A stretch of DNA of 28,326 bases from Acidimicrobiales bacterium (GTDB lineage: Bacteria; Actinomycetota; Acidimicrobiia; Acidimicrobiales; CADCTF01), in NCBI GenBank assembly GCA_046596815.1, contig JBKJLU010000197.1:1-28326 (forward strand), in the 5' to 3' direction. Below are positions 1 to 6,150 of this stretch, one piece after another (position 1 is the first letter of the stretch; every line of letters begins with the position of its first letter). The position numbers and the translations under genes are program-made. The notes under the pieces were generated by a model. That model was given only the letters and a program-made list of their open reading frames with translations. It had not been told where the DNA came from and searched no databases.

Positions 1-1
1 A

Positions 2-997
2 GCGTGGCAGGCCGACGGCGCCCGCACCCCCGCAGCCTGGTTGACGGCCCGATGCCATCTCCCCGCAACCGAAGCGAAACGGCGCTGCCGGTTGGGGCGC
101 GAGTTGCGTCACCTGCCCGCCGCCGAGAAGGCCTGGCTGGCGGGCAACATCACCGGGGCCCACGTCAGCCTTCTCGCCTCTGCTCGCCGACCCCGCACCG
201 AGGAGGCGATGGCCCGCGACGAGCAGTTCCTCGTCGACAACGCCAAATCGCTCTCGTTCAAAGGGTTCGCAAGGACGATCGCCTACTGGTCGCAGCGGGT
301 CGACCCCGACGGCGCCGAGCGATCGGATGCAGAAAAGCGCGACGACCGGAGCATGCACCTCTCCGAGAGCTTCGGCGGTATGTGGTTCGGCAACGTGACC
401 CTCGATCCCGTCTCGGGGGCGATCGTGTCGAAGGAATTGTTGAAGCTCGACAAGGAGATGTTCGAGGCCGACTGGGCCGAGGCTCGCGCCCGGCTCGGAC
501 GGGAGCCCGCCTTCACCGAGTTGGAACGCACGCCGGCCCAACGACGCGCCGACGCACTCGTCGAGATGGCCACACGCTCCGGCACCGCTCCCGAAGGCGG
601 CCGCCGGCCCGAACCCCTCTTCACGGTGCTCGTCGGTTGGGAGACGCTGGCGGGTCCTGTCTGTGAACTCGCCAACGGCACGGTCGTGGCGCCGGGCACC
701 CTCGTACCGTGGCTCGATCGGGCGTGGCTCGAGCGCATCGTCTTCGAGTCACCGTCGAGGGTCCTCGACGTCGGCGTCAAGCGGCGGCTCTTCGAGGGCG
801 CAACTCGACGGGCGGTGCAGGTTCGTGACCGCGAGTGCTTCCACCGCACCTGTGACGAGTCAGCCGACCACTGCCAGATCGACCATGTCATCCCTTGGTC
901 AGCCGATGGACCGACCATCCAGAGCAATGGTCGCGTGGCCTGCGCGGACCACAACCGGCGCCGCCACCAGCGCCCTCCTCCGAATGCACCGCCGTGA
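2..997 (+). CDS. DUF222-domain / HNH endonuclease family protein (REP13E12-like), 5'-truncated by the window edge
   Basis: The frame is open from base 2 (AWQADGARTPAAWLTARCHLP...). It contains RTPAQRRADALVEMA and a C-terminal HNH/zinc region RDRECFHRTC...CQIDHVIPWSADGPTIQSNGRVACADHNRRRH, typical of actinobacterial DUF222-HNH proteins. Confidence 0.85.
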   Translation, partial: AWQADGARTPAAWLTARCHLPATEAKRRCRLGRELRHLPAAEKAWLAGNITGAHVSLLASARRPRTEEAMARDEQFLVDNAKSLSFKGFARTIAYWSQRVDPDGAERSDAEKRDDRSMHLSESFGGMWFGNVTLDPVSGAIVSKELLKLDKEMFEADWAEARARLGREPAFTELERTPAQRRADALVEMATRSGTAPEGGRRPEPLFTVLVGWETLAGPVCELANGTVVAPGTLVPWLDRAWLERIVFESPSRVLDVGVKRRLFEGATRRAVQVRDRECFHRTCDESADHCQIDHVIPWSADGPTIQSNGRVACADHNRRRHQRPPPNAPP

Positions 998-1010
998 CCC
1001 TGGGCGTGGT

Positions 1011-1607
1011 TCAGCTGGACGCGGGGTCGCCGGCGGGAAGGACGTCGCTGGCCAGGGACGAGCGCTTCCAGTCGGGAACGGGGGTCTCGACCTCGGGCCG
1101 GGGGACGAATTCCGAGCGCTCGACGAGCGTGCGGCGATGGAGGTAGCGGGGACAGTTGGGGAAGACCTCGCGAACTGCCACCCGAACCACCAACTGCGCG
1201 CCGGTGTACTCCCCCATCAACGGATCGTCGGGATTGATGGATGCCGTGCCGTGGATGCGCATGCGCGAACCCTCCTCGAAGTTCACGAGCAACAGCCCAA
1301 CCTCGGGGTTGACGAGCGTGTTGCCGAGCGAGACGAACATGCCGTTGCCGTCGTAGGAAGGAAAGGCCAGCGTCGACTCGTCGAGCGCGCGGAGGAAGCC
1401 AGGGTCACCCCCCTTGTACGAACAGCTGGGGCGTCCCTCGGCGTCGGCCGTGGCCAGAAAGAAGCAGTCGAGGCGGGCCAGGTAGGCCTGTTGGTCTGCG
1501 GACAGGGTCGCGCGCACGATCTTGTCCTCCATGCGGTCGGCCAAGCGACGGGAGTCGAATCGGTCCTGCATCTCCCGGCTGCCTTCGTGGTAGCGCGTTG
1601 ACGTCAT
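1011..1607 (-). CDS. Pyridoxamine 5'-phosphate oxidase-like flavin-binding protein
   Basis: Motifs FFLATADAEGRPSCSYKGGDPGF and FPSYDGNGMFVSLGNTLVNPEVGLLLVNFE. The ATG overlaps the upstream stop (ATGA at 1604-1607). Confidence 0.85.
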   Translation of the reverse strand: MTSTRYHEGSREMQDRFDSRRLADRMEDKIVRATLSADQQAYLARLDCFFLATADAEGRPSCSYKGGDPGFLRALDESTLAFPSYDGNGMFVSLGNTLVNPEVGLLLVNFEEGSRMRIHGTASINPDDPLMGEYTGAQLVVRVAVREVFPNCPRYLHRRTLVERSEFVPRPEVETPVPDWKRSSLASDVLPAGDPASS

Positions 1608-2161
1608 ACCCCGACGGTAGCGATCACGCCGTCGAGGCGCCCGGACGGATCCTCAAGGAGCGGCCGCACCTTCACCATGGCCGGCCGGCGTGGGGGCTCG
1701 CTGAAGCCGAACCTGGCCGGCTGGGAGAAGGGAACCAGAGGGCCCGCATCTCGCCCGTCCACCATCGCTGAGGCGCCCGCCAACGGACGGTACTCATCGG
1801 CGCGATACCACTCCCGCACCCCACTCGGGCTTGTCCCGAAGGTCGTGACCCCCAGGATGCGGCGGGCGATCGGGCCCTCGATCCACCGGGTGAACGAGGG
1901 CGGCCGCAGACGGCTGAACGGCAGCCGCCACCCCGGTCCGGCCCGGAGGTCGAGCGAAACCACGCCGGCGTCGAGCCGCAGCCATCCCCCGCCGAGGGCG
2001 CCCTCGATCGGCCCTTCGATCACGCGGTCGAACTGGTAGACGGCGGCGATGAAAGCGGCTGCCTCCGGGCGGTCGACCAACAGCACCCGTTCGCCGTCCG
2101 GGCGCGCCCACATGACATCGCGCAGCGGCCCGATCGGCGACTGCGACCACCACCCGACCAC
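1604..2161 (-). CDS. Conserved actinobacterial hypothetical protein; true start probably upstream of 2161
   Basis: Coding-like ORF (VVGWWSQSPIGPLRDVMWARPDG...GVREWY...FGFSEPPRRP) coupled to the PNPOx gene. The frame stays open upstream (PARFELLGTISHAGFASGDRF) with no canonical start; see findings. Confidence 0.7.
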   Translation of the reverse strand: MVGWWSQSPIGPLRDVMWARPDGERVLLVDRPEAAAFIAAVYQFDRVIEGPIEGALGGGWLRLDAGVVSLDLRAGPGWRLPFSRLRPPSFTRWIEGPIARRILGVTTFGTSPSGVREWYRADEYRPLAGASAMVDGRDAGPLVPFSQPARFGFSEPPRRPAMVKVRPLLEDPSGRLDGVIATVGV

Positions 2162-2202
2162 GAACCGATCGCCCGAGGCGAACCCCGCGTGGGAGATGGT
2201 GC

Positions 2203-2424
2203 CTAGGAGTTCGAAGCGCGCTGGCGTTCCCGACTCCCCGTGCGCTGGACGATGATCCAGGTGGCTACGGCGAAAGCGATCGAGACCGCCGCCAACACGA
2301 CGTGGACGGCCTTGAACCCGGTGGACCGGGCCTCGTCGCCCACGATGTTCCAGATACGGGTGCCCCAGACGTAGACCGTCCAGATGGCGAAGGCCCGAAG
2401 GACGATGCGGGACGAGCGACTCAC
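2203..2424 (-). CDS. Small two-helix membrane protein (SCO4848-like)
   Basis: 73 aa with two hydrophobic segments (IVLRAFAIWTVYVWGTRIWNI; VHVVLAAVSIAFAVATWII). The GTG start is preceded by GGAGG and by TAGCGT 7 nt upstream. Confidence 0.7.
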   Translation of the reverse strand: MSRSSRIVLRAFAIWTVYVWGTRIWNIVGDEARSTGFKAVHVVLAAVSIAFAVATWIIVQRTGSRERQRASNS

Positions 2425-2462
2425 GCCTCCGACGCTAACGCCACGGGCGGAGCTACCCGAGA

Positions 2463-3173
2463 TCAGGCCGACCGGCCCGGCCGGCCCGGCCGACTCTTGC
2501 GTTCGAGCTGTGCGACCAAGCGGATCAGGGGCAACGTGATGATCAGATAGGCGATGCCGCCGGCGACCAACGCCGAGCTGTTGGACCGGGCGTTGGCGAA
2601 GTCACGGGCGAACTTGGTGATCTCCTTCCCCCCCGCCAGGGTGCCGAGCACCGCCAGCAACGACGTGTCCTTGAACAGCAGGACGAGTTCGTTGGTCAGC
2701 GGGGGGATGACCAGCCGGAACGCCTGGGGCAGGATCACCTCACGCATCGCCACCCACCGCCGCATCCCAAGCGATCGGGCCGCCTCCATCTGGCCACCGG
2801 GCACACCTTCGATGCCCGCCCGGAAGGTCTCGGCCATGTAGGCCCCGCCGACCAACGACAACGCCAGGCAGCCGGGGAAGTATTTGGGGAAGGGGAACTG
2901 CCAGCCGGTGGCGATGGGGATGCCGAAGCCGATGAAGATGATCGTCAGCAACGCGGGCAGGCCGCGCAGCGTGTCGGTGAAGACGGCGGCTGGCCACCGC
3001 ACCCACCGGGTGCCGCTCAATCGGGCCAACGCCACGAGCAGGCCGATGGTCAGTCCGCCCGTGAAACTGAACAGGGTGAAGACCAGCGTGTTCTTGGCGC
3101 CCTCGGTCAGCAGCTCCGGGAGCATGTCCCGGATGATCGAGAGGTTGAAGAACTCGTCGAAGAAGGTGCTCAG
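2463..3173 (-). CDS. Polar amino-acid ABC transporter permease (HisM/GlnP family)
   Basis: Motifs FTDTLRGLPALL, AYMAETFRAGI, EAA loop EAARSLGM, PPLTNELVLLFKDTSL. The first canonical start is ATG 3125; a CTG at 3173 overlapping the upstream stop is proposed as the real start. Confidence 0.92.
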   Translation of the reverse strand: MSTFFDEFFNLSIIRDMLPELLTEGAKNTLVFTLFSFTGGLTIGLLVALARLSGTRWVRWPAAVFTDTLRGLPALLTIIFIGFGIPIATGWQFPFPKYFPGCLALSLVGGAYMAETFRAGIEGVPGGQMEAARSLGMRRWVAMREVILPQAFRLVIPPLTNELVLLFKDTSLLAVLGTLAGGKEITKFARDFANARSNSSALVAGGIAYLIITLPLIRLVAQLERKSRPGRPGRSA

Positions 3174-3985
3174 TTCGACTTCGCCTGCGCTCCGAGGTAC
3201 TCCTTCAGGATCTGGTCGTAGGTGCCATCGCTGCGCAGTTCAGCCAGCGCAGCGTCGACCTTCTCGAGCAACTTCTTGCTCTGCTTCGGGATGACGAAGC
3301 CGTACGCCTCGGCCTCGTTGGCTTCGAAGGTCTTCGACACGGCCGTATCGCCGGTGGTCTCGGCGTTGTAGGAGTTGATGGGGAAGTCCTGGACGACGCC
3401 GTCGATCTGCTTGGCCTTCAAGGCGGTGAACAGCTCGTCGGCCCCGGTGAACTCCTTCACCTCGACGCCCGCCTTGGCCGCCTCGGCCGTGGCGAACTCG
3501 GCGCCGGTGGTTTCGGACTGCACGCCGATCGTCTTGCCCTTGAGGCTGGCGAAATCGGTGAACGTGGTTGCGTCCTCCTTGCGCACCAGCAGCGACTGGC
3601 TGATCTCGAAGTAGCCCTCGGAGAAGTTGTTCTCCTTCTTGCGCTCGTCCGTGATCGACACCGACGAGGCGATGAGGTCGCAGTTCCCCGCGGCCAACGC
3701 CGCGAAGATGCCGTCGAAGTCGGTGTCGCGGAAGTCGGCCTCGAGGCCGAGCTTCTCGGCGATGGCCTTGACCAGATCGATGTCGATGCCCTTGACCTCG
3801 CCGTCTTCTTCGTATTCGAACGGGGCGTACGGAATGTCGGAGCAGGCGGTGAGCTTGCCGTCCTCGACGGTGGAGATCTCCGACGTCGACTCCGCTTTGG
3901 GACTGCTCTCCGAGCCGCAGGCGGCGAAGGAGAGGAGGGCGACGAGAGCGAGAGCGAGTGCGGAGCGGCGGGGGGAACGCATCAT
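3170..3985 (-). CDS. Polar amino-acid ABC transporter substrate-binding lipoprotein (PBPb / family 3)
   Basis: ATG 3985 with SD AAGGA. Signal peptide and lipobox (LLSFAACG); motifs YAPFEY, GIDIDL, FDGIFAAL, SITDERK, GVQSETTG, GTYDQI. Confidence 0.92.
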   Translation of the reverse strand: MMRSPRRSALALALVALLSFAACGSESSPKAESTSEISTVEDGKLTACSDIPYAPFEYEEDGEVKGIDIDLVKAIAEKLGLEADFRDTDFDGIFAALAAGNCDLIASSVSITDERKKENNFSEGYFEISQSLLVRKEDATTFTDFASLKGKTIGVQSETTGAEFATAEAAKAGVEVKEFTGADELFTALKAKQIDGVVQDFPINSYNAETTGDTAVSKTFEANEAEAYGFVIPKQSKKLLEKVDAALAELRSDGTYDQILKEYLGAQAKSN

Positions 3986-4713
3986 GGTTGGCTTCCTTCG
4001 GAGAAGAGGTCGAGTTGGTCGGGGTCGGTACGCGGCGGTCGGGGAAGGCCCCAGACCAGGTGATCCATGAACACCCAGGAACGACGATGTATCGACGTCG
4101 GTCCGTAGGCCCGAAGCGCCGACTTGTGGCGAGGACACGGATAGCCCTTGTTGAGCTCGAAGTCGTAGGCGGGAAAGTGGGGCGCTTCTTCGCGCATCAT
4201 CCGGTCACGCGTCACCTTGGCGAGAATCGAGGCGGCGGCGATCGAGAGACACGTGGCGTCTCCCTTGATGACCCGTTGCGTCGTGCCGCGACCGATGAAA
4301 TCCCAGTTGCCGTCGACGAGCACCTTGTCGGGCTCGCCGACGCCCAGTCCGTCGATGGCACGGCGGGCGGCAAGTTTTTGCGCAGCGGTCATGCCGAGGT
4401 CGTCGCACTCCTGCTGCGACGCATGGCCCACCGACCAGGCCTGGCACCAACCGGCCACGCGCTCGAAGAGCTGTTCGCGCTCTCGCTCGGTGAGCATCTT
4501 CGAATCGCGGACCTTGTAGACCCGCCGATCCTTTGGCAGCACGGCGGCGCCCACGGTCAGCGGGCCCGCCCACGCACCCCGCCCGACCTCATCGACCCCG
4601 ACGACGACGTCGTGTCCCGAAGCCCACAGCGCCCGCTCGAGCACGAGGGAAGGAGCGTCCTTCTTCGTGGGCTTGCGCTTCATCCGCAGTGCGGGTGGCG
4701 AGCCACCTCTCAC
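3982..4713 (-). CDS. rnhB: Ribonuclease HII
   Basis: Motifs VGVDEVGRGAWAGP, VRDSKML, VLVDGN, KGDATCLSIAAASILAKVTRD, NKGYP; the acidic catalytic residues are present. Start is GTG 4713 or ATG 4683. The stop overlaps the next ATG (ATGA). Confidence 0.95.
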   Translation of the reverse strand: MRGGSPPALRMKRKPTKKDAPSLVLERALWASGHDVVVGVDEVGRGAWAGPLTVGAAVLPKDRRVYKVRDSKMLTEREREQLFERVAGWCQAWSVGHASQQECDDLGMTAAQKLAARRAIDGLGVGEPDKVLVDGNWDFIGRGTTQRVIKGDATCLSIAAASILAKVTRDRMMREEAPHFPAYDFELNKGYPCPRHKSALRAYGPTSIHRRSWVFMDHLVWGLPRPPRTDPDQLDLFSEGSQP

Positions 4714-4741
4714 GAGATCACCAGCGTCATTCCCGGCGACG

Positions 4742-5782
4742 TTACCGGCTCGCTCCTTCGCAGAGTTCGACCGCCGCTTCGCCCTCGATCACGCGACCGA
4801 TCACGACGAAGCCAGCGTGGGCAGCCAGGTGCTCGGCGGCAGCCGGCGACACCGACGCCAGTAATCCGCCCGAGGTCTGGGGGTCGTAGGCGATGGCCTC
4901 GAGCGCCTCGGAGACCGTCGTGCGAACTCGGCCCTCGAGGTGCGTGCGGTTCCGGGGATCGCCGCCCGTGCGGGTGCCACCCTCGGCGAGGCGCAGCGCA
5001 CCCGGATAGAGCGGGAGCAAGTCCGCTTCGAAGCGCAACACCGAGCCGGAGCGCTCGGCCATTTCCCAGCCATGGCCGAGGAGCCCGAAGCCGGTCACAT
5101 CGGTGACGGCATGGGGCGCCTCGCCGCCCGGGAGATTGGCCAGAGCCTCGGCGGCCGCCTTGTTCAACGTGCGCATGCGCAGGATGGCGGTTGCCTTCTC
5201 TTCTTCGGTGCCAGCGGCGAGGACGATGCCCGTACCCAACGGCTTCGAGAGCACGAGCACGTCGCCGGGGAGGGCGCCCGCCTTGGTCCAGATGCGGTCG
5301 GGATGGACGAGTCCCTGGACGGCCAACCCGAAGATCGGCTCCTCGGATCGGATGGTGTGGCCGCCGCCGACGGCGCCGCCGGCTTCGGCGACGACCTGCC
5401 CGGCGGCCGTGAGGATGGCCTCGATAGCGGCGATCGGCATCCGCTCAGGAAACGCGGAGATGTTGAGGGCGAGCACGACGCGCGCTCCCATGGCGAACAC
5501 GTCGCTACAGGCGTTGGCGGCGGCGATGGCGCCGAAGTCGCCGGGATCATCGACGAGGGGAGGAAAGAAGTCGGTGGTCGACACCATGGCCAGGTCGTCG
5601 GCCACCCGATACACGGCGGCGTCGTCGAATGGCGCAAGTCCTACCAAAAGCGCTGGATCCGTGGATGCGGCCAGGTCACGCACCAGCGCCGATAGGGGCG
5701 CGGCGCCCCACTTGGCCGCGCATCCGCCGCAGGCCGTCCACTCCGTCAGACGGATGGGGTCGGAGGTGATCGAGTCGGCCAT
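4742..5782 (-). CDS. selD: Selenide, water dikinase (selenophosphate synthetase), Cys-type
   Basis: ATG 5782. N-terminal LTEWTACGGCAAK (catalytic Cys and Lys); DDAAVY, STTDFFPPLVDDP, AAANACSDVFAMG, GGHTI, LSKPLGTG, TDVTGFGLLGH, DPQTSGGLL. Confidence 0.95.
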   Translation of the reverse strand: MADSITSDPIRLTEWTACGGCAAKWGAAPLSALVRDLAASTDPALLVGLAPFDDAAVYRVADDLAMVSTTDFFPPLVDDPGDFGAIAAANACSDVFAMGARVVLALNISAFPERMPIAAIEAILTAAGQVVAEAGGAVGGGHTIRSEEPIFGLAVQGLVHPDRIWTKAGALPGDVLVLSKPLGTGIVLAAGTEEEKATAILRMRTLNKAAAEALANLPGGEAPHAVTDVTGFGLLGHGWEMAERSGSVLRFEADLLPLYPGALRLAEGGTRTGGDPRNRTHLEGRVRTTVSEALEAIAYDPQTSGGLLASVSPAAAEHLAAHAGFVVIGRVIEGEAAVELCEGASR

Positions 5783-5912
5783 GTGTCCAGTCTGGTCTTT
5801 CAAGATGAATTCCTGGCACCAGCCCTTGCCACGAGCGCGGAACGCACCCAGAATGGGCACCTCATCGGGGGCGTTCAGAACGCGGACTTCCCCCCGAACG
5901 AAGGGTCCGGTC

Positions 5913-6113
5913 ATGACGCTCGAACTGCAACCCGGTACCGAGGTGGAAGTGAAATGCACCTTCGATGCCAGTTGGAAGCGTGGATTCGCCGTGGAGGGCG
6001 CTTCGGAGCAGGGCTACCTGATCCGTCGGCGGTCGGACGACTCGGTGCTCCCGACGGCCTTCGCCCCCGACACCGTGCGGCCGGCGGACGTCGTCGCCGA
6101 CCGCTGGATCTGA
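5913..6113 (+). CDS. Small conserved hypothetical protein (66 aa, predicted SH3/KOW-like beta-barrel)
   Basis: MTLELQPGTEVEVKCTFDASWKRGFAVEGASEQGYLIRRRSDDSVLP has a short-strand beta pattern and GC-biased codons, and fills the gap between selD and the GH38 gene. Confidence 0.65.
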   Translation: MTLELQPGTEVEVKCTFDASWKRGFAVEGASEQGYLIRRRSDDSVLPTAFAPDTVRPADVVADRWI

Positions 6114-6150
6114 CCTCGGCCCCGGCCCGCCGGAGCCGTACGCTCGGTCG

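Noticed and set aside
4710-4730. Six-codon mini-ORF (MTLVIS) on the minus strand whose TGA overlaps the rnhB GTG
   Set aside because: It is too short to distinguish from chance and has no convincing SD. It could be a coupling relay, but the sequence alone does not support that.
4742-5782. Possible selenocysteine (UGA) recoding in selD or neighbours
   Set aside because: The selD active-site residue is encoded as Cys in an uninterrupted ORF. I found no gene in the window that looks broken by an in-frame TGA at a Cys-equivalent position.
5783-5912. Possible tRNA-Sec or other ncRNA upstream of selD
   Set aside because: There is no cloverleaf, T-loop or convincing stem set; the region is adequately explained as a divergent promoter region.
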